Positions 40,949 to 50,382 of a stretch of DNA of 64,000 nucleotides are shown here, piece after piece. The position numbers and the translations under genes are program-made. The notes beneath the pieces are model-generated. The model was not told the DNA's origin and searched no databases. It saw only the letters and a list, made by a program, of their open reading frames with translations. Every line of letters starts with the position of its first letter. Within the stretch, counting starts at the first letter, position 1. The stretch comes from Bacteroidales bacterium. GTDB taxonomy: Bacteria > Bacteroidota > Bacteroidia > Bacteroidales > B18-G4. The stretch covers positions 70,049 to 134,048 of the forward strand of contig JAGYMZ010000001.1 of assembly GCA_018400295.1 (NCBI GenBank). Direction: 5' to 3'.

Positions 40949-41788
40949 TCAATAGGTAACGATCTTTTTCCAGTTCATTTCCCTTGGATTGATACACATT
41001 ACCGGTATTTGTGATGTGTTAAAGATCAAATCCTCATCATAGCTTCCCAGGATGAATGTTTTCAACCCTTTTTCCGGATTGGTCATGATCATGATAAGGT
41101 CCGAATTATTGGCGGTGGCATACTCAATTACCTGTTTCGTGAAATTGCTGGATTTTCCTGCGGTTTTGCTTGTATATTCAACATTGTTTTTGTCAAAATA
41201 ATTGGTGATCACGCGGACCGTGCTTTCAATTTTCACGCCGGGTATCTGGTAAATATGGATACGGGCATTGAATTGCCTGGAAATATGGGTTGCCCATTTT
41301 GTTTTTTCCCATGGTCCTGCATCACTGGTGATGGGGAGAACAATGTCTTTGTAACCGCCTTCAAAAGGCCTTTTTTGCACAACGATGACGGGGACCGGAG
41401 ATGAAGTGACGACTTTGAGTGCATAACTACCCGTTAATTTCTGGATACCAATTTTACCGTGCGTGCCAAGGTATATGAGTCCGGCGTCAATTTCTATGGC
41501 TACCTCGGATATGGTTTCAAAAATACTTCCCTGGCGAAATACATAATCAGCGTTTATTCCTTTGCTTTCTTCAAGATCTTTTGCAATATCTTCCAGCTTC
41601 TTTTTTATATAGGATTCGTCTTCCCCTTCCCTTTTCAGCATGGAACGGGTATTGGTATCGATCACGTGCAGAAGGGTGACCTTGTATCCCAGTAATTTGG
41701 CTGCATCTGCTGCCTGGGCAATGGCATTTGCGCAGACTTCTGAAAAATCGGTTGGGACTAAAATGATCTTTTTAAGCAATGTTTCCAT
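40949..41788 (-). CDS. Tandem-domain universal stress protein (UspA family)
   Basis: IILVPTDFS and LGTHGKIGIQKLTGSYALKV. Collinear with the 39926-40795 product through to the shared C-terminal IPVMCINP. Start set at METLLKK (41788). Confidence 0.8.
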   Translation of the reverse strand: METLLKKIILVPTDFSEVCANAIAQAADAAKLLGYKVTLLHVIDTNTRSMLKREGEDESYIKKKLEDIAKDLEESKGINADYVFRQGSIFETISEVAIEIDAGLIYLGTHGKIGIQKLTGSYALKVVTSSPVPVIVVQKRPFEGGYKDIVLPITSDAGPWEKTKWATHISRQFNARIHIYQIPGVKIESTVRVITNYFDKNNVEYTSKTAGKSSNFTKQVIEYATANNSDLIMIMTNPEKGLKTFILGSYDEDLIFNTSQIPVMCINPREMNWKKIVTY

Positions 41789-41865
41789 AGGAATGCATGT
41801 TTGAATTTTAAAATGATCCACACAAATATAAGAAAATATTATGTCCGGGTATTTCTTGTTAAAAA

Positions 41866-42456
41866 TTATTTGTTCTGGGCCATTAGTTCTTTGATCTGAT
41901 TCAGATTTTCTGTTTTTTGTTTGTTTCTGAGCATCCTGGCCGAGGCTGTATAAAATTCATGATTGGAAAGAAATTCAAGCTGAATTTCATACCATTCTTT
42001 CAGGGTGGTTGGATTAATGTTCAGGATGTTCCATTCATACCTCAGCTTTTCGGCGATTACAAAAAAATCTTTTCTGCCCAGGTAGTCAAGGTCTGAGTCA
42101 CAGAGGATCTTTTCCAGGATGCTTTCCGCATTTTGTGGAAGTTTTGTGGTCATGATCAATCGTGTTATCACAGAAATCTGCTCCGCTGTGTATCCGAATC
42201 CGGGCAAGGATTCTTTTGCCAGTTTAACGCTGGCTTCCTCATGATCCAGGTATGTTTCAATCATGCCTGCATCATGAAATAATGCGGCTGTCTGAACCAG
42301 CAACTGCTCATTATTTGAAATGTTTTCCATCCGGCAATATTGCTTCGTTGCCCCCAGTACGTCCAAGGTATGTTCCAGGCCATGATAATAAAGGTCTGTA
42401 CTCAGTTTATTCCTTAATTGATCTTTTATGTATTTCTCAGCTTCTTTATATTCCAT
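41866..42456 (-). CDS. HD-domain metal-dependent phosphohydrolase
   Basis: H..H...(x)HD pattern: YYHGLEHTLDV ... AALFHDAGM ... CDSDLDYLG. 196 aa. Confidence 0.7.
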   Translation of the reverse strand: MEYKEAEKYIKDQLRNKLSTDLYYHGLEHTLDVLGATKQYCRMENISNNEQLLVQTAALFHDAGMIETYLDHEEASVKLAKESLPGFGYTAEQISVITRLIMTTKLPQNAESILEKILCDSDLDYLGRKDFFVIAEKLRYEWNILNINPTTLKEWYEIQLEFLSNHEFYTASARMLRNKQKTENLNQIKELMAQNK

Positions 42457-42501
42457 CCAATATGATTGTTATCCTGATTAATGGCTCCATGATATCGGAA
42501 C

Positions 42502-44595
42502 CTAAAATTTCTCTATCCCGTCCCAGTCTTCCGGATATCCTTTGTCCAAATATTGCTCACATCTGCGTATATATAAATGTGCGGCCTTATCGGATGGGTT
42601 TGCATCGACAACTGCCTGGAAAATATCGATGGCTTCGGTGAATTTTCCGTCTTTATATGCTTGCAATCCTTTGCTGAAAGTGGATTTTGTTTTGGTTTTC
42701 AACGCTTTGATCGTTTCTTTGTCCCCATCCAACACTTCAAATATATATACAGTTTTTTTCTTTCCTTTAACCTGGACAATGTCCAGGAAACGGTAATTAT
42801 ATTGGGTTGGATCGGAAACATTTATGAGTGTGTCTTCTGAGATGATCATGGATGACCCGTATATTTTGGTCAGCCCTTCCAGTCTGGAAGTCAGATTCAC
42901 TGCATCGGAAATGACCGTGCCGTCCATTCTTCCTTCTCCCCCGACCACGCCCAACATCAGCATGCCGGTATGTATCCCGGTACCGGTGGTAATTGCTTGG
43001 TGTCCGAACTGGCTCATGATATGATTGAACTCCTGAAGCTTGATCTTCATTTCAATGGCGGCATTAATGGCATCTTCCGCTTTATCGGGAAAAAGGGCCA
43101 TTATGGAATCCCCCATGAATTTGTCGATGAATCCATTGTTGTTTCGGATGACCGGCTCCATATATCCCAGGTAATTGTTTAGGAAGTTAAAGTTTTCCTT
43201 GGGTGTCATTTGTTCGGAAATCTGCGTAAAATTCCGGATATCGGTGAATAAAATAGACATTTCTTTCTGCACCTGATCTCCGAGGTGGATGTCAGCAATA
43301 TTGTCCTTGCCCAGAAAATCCAGGAACTGTTGGGGAACGAAACGTGCATTGGCCTCATTCATCCGGGAAATATTAACGATATAATTTTTGAGTTTATGGG
43401 TCATGTCGTTATAGCCTTCGGTAAGTTCACCGATCTCATCATTTGTCCGAACAATGCTGTAGCTGTCCATTTCACCGCGTCCTGTCCGTTGCATGTTTTC
43501 AAGAAGCTCGCCGACCGGATAAACGATGTCCTGGGTTGTCCAGCGGATGAAGAACAAAATATAGATGAAGGCAATAAAAATGCCGGTAAAAATGCCCAGG
43601 AACATAAGCAAACTATCGAAGGCATTCACATAAAAAAGACTGTCCAGGAAATCCAGTGTGCCATCGCTATCTTCCAGGTACATGGCATATTTGCCTATAA
43701 GGATATCAAGATGAGAAGGATCGTATTTTTCAATATTGATTTCTTTAATTGCCGTAATGCTGATAAAGAGGTAGAAGATCACAATAGCCAGCGGGATGAG
43801 CGTTGTCATGGCGCTGGATATCCACATCCTGTTTTTAATCCTTCCCTCTTTCAGGCTGAATATCCTTTTGCGCAATTCTTCCCTGGAAAAGATGTGTTCA
43901 ATATACCGGATATGTACCCTGTGTTTTTGCCAGAAATAAACAAACATCAAGGTTAACAGGGAGGACATGAGGGTGATGAAGAAAAATTGCTCATAAAATT
44001 TTTGGGTTATGTTATCAAAACTGCTTTTGATAAAAAGGGTATATGCCATGTAAATGATCACAATGCCGTATGCGAGAAATAATATACCGGAATCAATGAT
44101 TGGGGTTTTGAGCAATAATTTTTTACAATACCTGTATAGCCTTGGGGGTATTTCTTTCCCTTTTCTTTTCTTTTTGAAATATATTTTGAATGGGAGGTTA
44201 AAAATAAAACCCAACACAAAACTGATCAAGAGCAATTTGAGCAAAAGGCTGATGGTCCCGGCAAATTCCTGTGTGTTTTCAACGGGGTTTTCTTGCTGTG
44301 GCGGGGCATCTTTTTCAACAGATCCCGGGTTCTCAGTGCCGGATTTTGAAGGCATGGGGCCCCGGGTTTGTTCCATGGAATGAAGCGTATCCCGACCGCC
44401 AGGGTATATGGTAAGATCATTATTGTCATTGTTTTGTCCGATCATCCCGTCTCTTTCCTGCATCCATTCCGGCCCGTACTTAAAGGTCAGGATGCCGGAT
44501 ACCGGGAACACCAAAAAAAAGTATAACAATGTGGCCAAAAAATAAATGCGAAAGCCAAAATATCGAGGCACTTTATATTTGGATCGTTTACTCAT
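42502..44595 (-). CDS. Membrane-anchored class III adenylate/guanylate cyclase with HAMP-like linker and C-terminal TPR-like tail
   Basis: N-terminal multi-TM region. Catalytic motifs ILFTDIRNFT (metal Asp), DKFMGDSIMALF (Lys plus metal Asp), GTVISDAVNLTSRLEG (Asn/Arg). The tail FSKGLQAYKDGKFTEAIDIFQAVV is TPR-like. Confidence 0.85.
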   Translation of the reverse strand: MSKRSKYKVPRYFGFRIYFLATLLYFFLVFPVSGILTFKYGPEWMQERDGMIGQNNDNNDLTIYPGGRDTLHSMEQTRGPMPSKSGTENPGSVEKDAPPQQENPVENTQEFAGTISLLLKLLLISFVLGFIFNLPFKIYFKKKRKGKEIPPRLYRYCKKLLLKTPIIDSGILFLAYGIVIIYMAYTLFIKSSFDNITQKFYEQFFFITLMSSLLTLMFVYFWQKHRVHIRYIEHIFSREELRKRIFSLKEGRIKNRMWISSAMTTLIPLAIVIFYLFISITAIKEINIEKYDPSHLDILIGKYAMYLEDSDGTLDFLDSLFYVNAFDSLLMFLGIFTGIFIAFIYILFFIRWTTQDIVYPVGELLENMQRTGRGEMDSYSIVRTNDEIGELTEGYNDMTHKLKNYIVNISRMNEANARFVPQQFLDFLGKDNIADIHLGDQVQKEMSILFTDIRNFTQISEQMTPKENFNFLNNYLGYMEPVIRNNNGFIDKFMGDSIMALFPDKAEDAINAAIEMKIKLQEFNHIMSQFGHQAITTGTGIHTGMLMLGVVGGEGRMDGTVISDAVNLTSRLEGLTKIYGSSMIISEDTLINVSDPTQYNYRFLDIVQVKGKKKTVYIFEVLDGDKETIKALKTKTKSTFSKGLQAYKDGKFTEAIDIFQAVVDANPSDKAAHLYIRRCEQYLDKGYPEDWDGIEKF

Positions 44596-44660
44596 AGGGG
44601 GGTGTTAGAAAATCTCCACAAAATAATAAAAAACCCCCTTACTTATACTGGATCTTACGA

Positions 44661-44677
44661 AAAATGCAAAGCATTTT
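44661..44677. repeat. Hairpin AAAATGC-AAA-GCATTTT
   Basis: 7-bp inverted repeat read directly from the sequence. Confidence 0.6.
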
Positions 44678-44689
44678 CTGTTAGATTCA

Positions 44690-44747
44690 GTTATACCGAT
44701 TGGAGCATAAGGTCAATCATTGCAAACCTGTTCCGAATCGGTATAAC
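44690..44747. repeat. Long hairpin: GTTATACCGATTGG ... CCGAATCGGTATAAC (12 bp, one bulge, 2 bp; 29-nt loop)
   Basis: Base-by-base pairing checked by hand. Confidence 0.6.
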
Positions 44748-44773
44748 CCGAATAATTCAAGAATTATTCGGGT
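44746..44773. repeat. Perfect 13-bp inverted repeat ACCCGAATAATTC-AA-GAATTATTCGGGT
   Basis: Read directly from the sequence. Abuts the previous hairpin. Confidence 0.7.
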
Positions 44774-44882
44774 CTCCGACAGCCATGAAGATCAACCTGC
44801 TTTGCATTCATATTTTACAAAATTTATGAATAATGCAGGCTAAGTAAGGAGGCGCGGGATAACAATCTTTGCGGCAGATTGA

Positions 44883-45437
44883 TCAATCCAGTGTGTGTAC
44901 CGGTTGAATGATCTCTAAGCCACGTTTGATGGCTTTTTCGTTATCCGGAAGCATGTGATGGTATCTTTCCGGCAGCGATTTTTTTAATCCCAGTGAAACA
45001 TTTTTCAGATTAACCAGGGGTTTTACTTTTAAATATCCTCCAAGAACGATCATGTTGAATATTTTGGATAGCCCCATGGAGGAAGCTTCATCGGCGGCAT
45101 CAATCCGGTATATGTTGATGTCTTTCCTTTCAGGATGCCTGCTGATGCCGTTGCCATCATAAATTAATGTTCCACCCGGTTTTACCGCTTCTTCAAATTT
45201 ATCCATGGATTGCTGGTTCAGGATAATGGCGGTATCGTATTCAGTCAGGATTGGAGAACTTATTCTTTCATCGCTGAGAATAACGGTCACATTTGCGGTG
45301 CCTCCCCTCATTTCAGGTCCGTAAGAAGGCATCCAGCTTACTTCCTGATCCTGCATGATGCCTGAGTAAGCCAGGATCTTCCCCATGGAAAGTACGCCTT
45401 GTCCGCCAAAACCTGCTATAATGATCTCTTCAGTCAT
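44883..45437 (-). CDS. korC: 2-oxoacid:ferredoxin oxidoreductase, gamma subunit
   Basis: IIIAGFGGQGVLSMGKILA N-terminus typical of the gamma subunit. Last gene of the delta-alpha-beta-gamma operon. Confidence 0.85.
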   Translation of the reverse strand: MTEEIIIAGFGGQGVLSMGKILAYSGIMQDQEVSWMPSYGPEMRGGTANVTVILSDERISSPILTEYDTAIILNQQSMDKFEEAVKPGGTLIYDGNGISRHPERKDINIYRIDAADEASSMGLSKIFNMIVLGGYLKVKPLVNLKNVSLGLKKSLPERYHHMLPDNEKAIKRGLEIIQPVHTLD

Positions 45438-45452
45438 AGTTCAGAAATTTAA

Positions 45453-46241
45453 TTATTTTACCAATTCTCCGTTAACTTTAATATCTCCCAGTGGATAGAA
45501 GGGGAACATGTTTTCTACCATCCATTTATTGGCTTGTACGGGCGGCAGTTTCCATCCGGAATTGCAATTTGATACAATTTCAACGAAGGTTGTCCCTGAA
45601 TTTCCGCTTCGTTGCAATTCGATTGATTTTTTAATGGCTTTTTTGGCCTTCCGCACTGCGGCGGGCGTGTGTACTGCTTGTCGTGTGACAAATTGCGTTC
45701 CCGGCAGCTCTGCTACCAGTTCGGTGATCTTTAACGGGTTTCCCATGAGGGCGGTATCCCTTCCGAAAGGAGTTGTGGATGTTTTCATTCCTGACAGGGT
45801 TGTCGGAGCCATTTGCCCCCCGGTCATTCCATAAATACCGTTGTTGATGAAGACGATCAAAATGTTTTCGCCGCGGTTGCAGGCATGAAGGGTTTCTGCC
45901 GTTCCGATGGCTGCAAGGTCACCATCTCCCTGATATGTGAATACGAATTTTTCCGGCCATGTTTTCTTGATCCCTGTGGCCAGGGCCGGAGCCCTGCCGT
46001 GGGCGGCCTGCTGCATATCAATATTCATGAATTCATAGGCCAGGACAGAACAGCCTACGGGTGCGATCCCGATCGTTTCTTCCTGTAAACCCATTTCATC
46101 AACAACCTCCATAATAATCCTGTGTGCGGTTCCATGTCCGCAACCCGGACAATAACTCAATACATTGTCCGTCATCAGGTCTGTCTTCTTGTACACGAGA
46201 TTTTCCTCGCTGATAATATCTTTAAGCATTTCGTCTCTCAT
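45453..46241 (-). CDS. korB: 2-oxoacid:ferredoxin oxidoreductase, beta (TPP-binding) subunit
   Basis: CPGCGHG cluster/TPP region and the GDGD...NNGIYGMTGGQ TPP motif. Confidence 0.9.
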   Translation of the reverse strand: MRDEMLKDIISEENLVYKKTDLMTDNVLSYCPGCGHGTAHRIIMEVVDEMGLQEETIGIAPVGCSVLAYEFMNIDMQQAAHGRAPALATGIKKTWPEKFVFTYQGDGDLAAIGTAETLHACNRGENILIVFINNGIYGMTGGQMAPTTLSGMKTSTTPFGRDTALMGNPLKITELVAELPGTQFVTRQAVHTPAAVRKAKKAIKKSIELQRSGNSGTTFVEIVSNCNSGWKLPPVQANKWMVENMFPFYPLGDIKVNGELVK

Positions 46242-46245
46242 TGTG

Positions 46246-47328
46246 TTAACCTCCTATTATTTTTTGTTCCAGGGCTTCCAGAATTTCAGTGGGGGAGTGG
46301 ATGATGCCGCCCAATCTGCCAAAGTGTTCGGCCGGTATTTTATCTCCTACCGCCAGCCTGACGTCTTCTATCATCTGTCCGGCACTCATTTCAACGCTTA
46401 ATATGCCTTTCAGCCGGGGGATCATTTCCCGGATCTGCGGAACAGGGAAGGGGTACAGTGTAATTGGCCGGAGCAAACCGATCTTCATGCCTTTTTTACG
46501 ACCCAGCTGGATCGCTTTTTGGGCAATTCTGGCACTGGATCCGTAGGCAACGAACAGATATTCTGCATCGTCACATTCTATCTTTTCATACCGGATCTCA
46601 TCTTCTTCCATTTTTCTGTATTTTTTCTGCAGCTTGTAATTGTGTTGTTCCTGCGTTCCCGGATCAAGGTAAAGGGAAGTGATGATATTTCTTTCCCTCG
46701 TTTTTGGTTTGCCTGTGGTTGCCCAGGGGCAGGTTTTTTTGATCTCTTCTTCTGTACGGCGGGGAACCTGATCGAATAATTCGACTTTTTCCATCATTTG
46801 TCCGATCATTCCATCGGAAAGGATCAATGCCGGATTGCGATATTTGAATGCCAGGTCAAAAGCAAGCGGTATAAAATCGGCCATTTCCTGTACCGACGCC
46901 GGAGCAAGAACAATGAGTTTGTAGTCGCCATGTCCGCCGCCTTTGGTGGCTTGAAAATAATCGGCCTGTGATGGCTGGATGGTTCCCAGTCCCGGACCTC
47001 CCCTCACTACATTGGCAACAACACAGGGCAATTCCGCCCCCGCGATATAGGATAACCCTTCCTGCATCAGGCTTATGCCCGGACTGGAAGAGGTTGTCAT
47101 TACTTTTTTTCCCGAGCCGGCTGCCCCATATACCATATTGATGGAAGCCACTTCACTTTCTGCCTGAAGCAAAACCATACCTGTGCGTTCTTCAGGTTTT
47201 TGCGAGGACAGGTATTCTATTACTTCCGACTGAGGGGTAATCGGATAACCAAAGTATGCATCAACACCAGCCCGGATCGCAGCTTCTGCAATCGCTTCAT
47301 TGCCTTTCATTAGTTTTAGTTCACCCAT
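46246..47328 (-). CDS. korA: 2-oxoacid:ferredoxin oxidoreductase, alpha subunit
   Basis: MKGNEAIAEAAIRAGVDAYFGYPITPQSE N-terminus and TSSSPGISLMQEGLSY. Confidence 0.9.
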   Translation of the reverse strand: MGELKLMKGNEAIAEAAIRAGVDAYFGYPITPQSEVIEYLSSQKPEERTGMVLLQAESEVASINMVYGAAGSGKKVMTTSSSPGISLMQEGLSYIAGAELPCVVANVVRGGPGLGTIQPSQADYFQATKGGGHGDYKLIVLAPASVQEMADFIPLAFDLAFKYRNPALILSDGMIGQMMEKVELFDQVPRRTEEEIKKTCPWATTGKPKTRERNIITSLYLDPGTQEQHNYKLQKKYRKMEEDEIRYEKIECDDAEYLFVAYGSSARIAQKAIQLGRKKGMKIGLLRPITLYPFPVPQIREMIPRLKGILSVEMSAGQMIEDVRLAVGDKIPAEHFGRLGGIIHSPTEILEALEQKIIGG

Positions 47329-47349
47329 GTATTTGTGTTTTTTTGGTTC

Positions 47350-47580
47350 CTATTGATCAAGTTTCTTCTTGTATACTGTGATGACACCGTCCGGACAAAC
47401 AATGGCGCAGTTGGCACAGCCTATACAGGCATCCGGATTTGCCATGAATGAATAATGGTACCCTTTGCTGTTAACCTCTTTTGACATGGCCAGTACGTCT
47501 GTCGGACAAGCATCAATACAGACTTCACATCCTTTGCAGCGTTCTGTATCAACAATAACTGCTCCTTTAACTTTTGCCAT
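47350..47580 (-). CDS. korD: 4Fe-4S dicluster ferredoxin-like delta subunit
   Basis: Two CxxCxxCxxxCP motifs: CKGCEVCIDACP and CIGCANCAIVCP. 76 aa. Confidence 0.85.
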   Translation of the reverse strand: MAKVKGAVIVDTERCKGCEVCIDACPTDVLAMSKEVNSKGYHYSFMANPDACIGCANCAIVCPDGVITVYKKKLDQ

Positions 47581-47769
47581 ACTTAAATAGTTTATTGAAG
47601 TAATGTTAATACGTCATGAATTGTCTGACGAAATTACAATAATTAATGGTATCACATCCGAAAACCATAGATATTTTGATATTTCACGTAATAATTTATA
47701 ATGAGTACAAATTGCAAAACACCTTGTATCTGCTGATTGTCAGAGGGTATGGGATTGGCTGTTTGGCTG

Positions 47770-49107
47770 CTATTTTTTCACCGGATGATCCCGGTGAAAC
47801 TGTTGCAAACGCTTTTCCAGGTCCGGGAATTGTTTTCTGTTCACCAGTGACACACAGGCCCTTATCCCTTCAAGTCTTTCGCTGCCTGTTATGGCCAATG
47901 ATATGGCGCTGATGCCGTAATATACGAGTTCGTTGAGCAATTCTTCCCCGGTAAATCCGGGGTACGAAAATGTGAAATAAAAACCATCGGCGATGGGATT
48001 GTCCTCATCCTTGTCATATACGATGTCAAATCCGTTGTCCAGAAACATTTTTTTCATGATCCGGGCTTTTTCACCATAGTCTTTCACTACCTTGATGAAA
48101 TCATATTCTCCATCATTGACGGCTTTCAGTATGGCAGCCAGTCCGTATTGTGGGGAATGGGCCGTCCCCGAGCTTAGTGCATAAAGGGAGCCAAATATGA
48201 TGGCTTTACCAAATACGTCGGTCGTATAATACCGCAGCAGGTCCGGGGCAGTGGTGTTGTAAAGTTTGTCTGAGATCACCATCATACCGATCCTTTGGCC
48301 GGCATAGCTGAAGACTTTCGAACTGGATATAAACAGGATATAGTTATCGGTGTATCGGGTGACCGATGGTTGATAAGGTGGCTCGCCCGGTTTTGAATAG
48401 TCTTTCCGGAAGTCCATGGCAAAATAGGCGAGATCCTCCATAATGATGACATCATATTTTTCAGCCAGTTCACCGATGATCCTGAGTTCATTGTGGGTAA
48501 AGCATATCCAGGAAGGATTGTTCGGATTGGAATATAGTATGGAGGAAATATTCCCTTTTTTCAGGTATGACTCCAGTTTGTGCTTTAGCTTGTCTCCACG
48601 GTAATTATATACGTCAAACGTTTCGTATTTAATACCCAGGACCCGGTGTTGTTGTTTGTGGACTGGAAATCCGGGATCGATAAACAGGGTGGTGTCTTTT
48701 TTGCGGTTCATTCTGTTGACCGTCATAAAGGCAGCAAAGCCTCCCTGCATCGAACCTACCGTTGGGATACATCCTTCCCGGTCAACATCAATATCAAGGA
48801 ATAATTTGACGAAACGGGAAATTTCTTTTTTTAAGGGAGGGATGCCGTAAATATCCGGATAGAGTGCGGCTATCCCTTTCTTTAGTGCTTCTATTTCTGC
48901 TTCTACACCTATTTTTGTTGGAGGCAGCCCGGGTATTCCCATCTCCATCCTTATGAAGGCCTCGCCGGTCTCTTCTTCAATGGTGTCCACAAGTTTTTTT
49001 ATTTCCCGGATGGAGGCTTTTCCAACGCTTTCGAGCTTGCTCTCTTTGATCTTTCTGGTCACTACTTCATGGTTAATAGGTGTTTCTTTCATGGTACTTC
49101 CTTTCAT
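47770..49107 (-). CDS. Class I/II PLP-dependent aminotransferase (about 440 aa)
   Basis: PLP-lysine motif SSSKVFSYAGQRIG. Also NPNNPS and IIMEDLAY. The alternative start MKETPI is at 49092. Confidence 0.8.
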   Translation of the reverse strand: MKGSTMKETPINHEVVTRKIKESKLESVGKASIREIKKLVDTIEEETGEAFIRMEMGIPGLPPTKIGVEAEIEALKKGIAALYPDIYGIPPLKKEISRFVKLFLDIDVDREGCIPTVGSMQGGFAAFMTVNRMNRKKDTTLFIDPGFPVHKQQHRVLGIKYETFDVYNYRGDKLKHKLESYLKKGNISSILYSNPNNPSWICFTHNELRIIGELAEKYDVIIMEDLAYFAMDFRKDYSKPGEPPYQPSVTRYTDNYILFISSSKVFSYAGQRIGMMVISDKLYNTTAPDLLRYYTTDVFGKAIIFGSLYALSSGTAHSPQYGLAAILKAVNDGEYDFIKVVKDYGEKARIMKKMFLDNGFDIVYDKDEDNPIADGFYFTFSYPGFTGEELLNELVYYGISAISLAITGSERLEGIRACVSLVNRKQFPDLEKRLQQFHRDHPVKK

Positions 49108-49137
49108 TTATGCAATACTCAAAAATATAAAATATAT

Positions 49138-50382
49138 TCAAAAGAAATAAAATGCAGCAAGCAGTATCCGTAAATTTCCGGTTAATTCGGTTCCGGGCAG
49201 ACCGTTTGATGCTTTGTCCAGGGCATATGCAGCGGCCGTGTATTCAAATTCCGAGGCCAGCATCAGTTTGCCGGCATAGTATTGAAGACGGGGTGATACC
49301 CTGAACGCATACACCAGGTCGGGGAAATTCCCGTAATACTCATGCGCCTTGATTTCCTGGCGGTCAAGGTTGTTGCCATATCCGGCAAATATTCCGGCCC
49401 GGAATGTTTGCCCCCTGGAAGAAATGTCTGTCCAGACAGAGCTTTGGTTTGCATTGGCATAGTGGAACGAATGCGGGTGACTGCGGTCCGGTTTTTCAAC
49501 ATAACCACCGATCATGATATGTTCTGTCATATTCTGGCCCCAGACGGCCCCGAATTTAAGTTCGGCAAAGCGCAGGTCTATTTTGGCAAATACAATGGCG
49601 GCAAAGGAATGGATCTTACGGTTCGTTTTCTTCAGGGAATCGGGATGTGAGCCGGCAGAAAGCCTGGGTTGAAGGACTTTGTAATCAATGCCAAATCCGA
49701 ATAAATGCTTTCCGGGATAATACTGGAATTGCAGGTCAAGGTTAGGCACCACGGCATCCCTCATATATTTCGAGCTCCGGCCTGCTGGTCCGTCACTGGC
49801 GTAATCCCGCTGGGAGGCCGCTACGGCAATGATCTTTATGTTATGTACCTCTTGCGTAAAACGTACCTGGTTGTGACGGGAGAACGGATGAAAAGGTGCT
49901 CCCGTATTCAGGGCAATGGTATGGGGCCTGACCTCCGGGGTGTATAAAGGGTGCCAGTAAAGGCCTGTTAGTACACTCCGGTTTCGCCAGGTAAGTTTAA
50001 CCCAGGCTTCCCTGAGCCTGAACCCGTTGTTGTCGCGATTTGATTGGCCGGTAAAATCACCTTCGATCACACCGTTGGTCCTGGCCCCCAGGGCATCCGG
50101 TCCGGTTATGTTCCCCCGCAGCCGGGTTGTCATAGACAATTGGTTTAGACTGGCGTGGGCGTGGATGTCGTTTCCGTCACGGTCATATTCAGGTTTTTGC
50201 GGTAAGAGTATGACCATGCCTTCCCTTGCTTGCACTACCTGCCGTGTATCGTAAAATACCTGTGAATTGACGAAACCTGAAAAACCAATACCCCAGGATC
50301 CTTTTTCCTTTCCGCTTTCCTGCGAATAGCCAGTCGATGAGAACAGGAATAAAATACCGAGCAATATGTTGGCTCGTTGCAT
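49138..50382 (-). CDS. Outer-membrane porin-like beta-barrel protein
   Basis: Signal peptide LFLFSSTGYSQE, alternating beta-strand pattern, C-terminal LRILLAAFYFF with terminal Phe. ATG 50382 shares one base with the symporter stop (TGATG). Confidence 0.6.
   Translation of the reverse strand: MQRANILLGILFLFSSTGYSQESGKEKGSWGIGFSGFVNSQVFYDTRQVVQAREGMVILLPQKPEYDRDGNDIHAHASLNQLSMTTRLRGNITGPDALGARTNGVIEGDFTGQSNRDNNGFRLREAWVKLTWRNRSVLTGLYWHPLYTPEVRPHTIALNTGAPFHPFSRHNQVRFTQEVHNIKIIAVAASQRDYASDGPAGRSSKYMRDAVVPNLDLQFQYYPGKHLFGFGIDYKVLQPRLSAGSHPDSLKKTNRKIHSFAAIVFAKIDLRFAELKFGAVWGQNMTEHIMIGGYVEKPDRSHPHSFHYANANQSSVWTDISSRGQTFRAGIFAGYGNNLDRQEIKAHEYYGNFPDLVYAFRVSPRLQYYAGKLMLASEFEYTAAAYALDKASNGLPGTELTGNLRILLAAFYFF

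Noticed and set aside
44602-44829. 75-aa plus-strand ORF across the hairpin cluster
   Set aside because: The sequence is dominated by inverted repeats. It has no promoter box and its orientation opposes all neighbours. A structural or regulatory DNA/RNA role is more likely.
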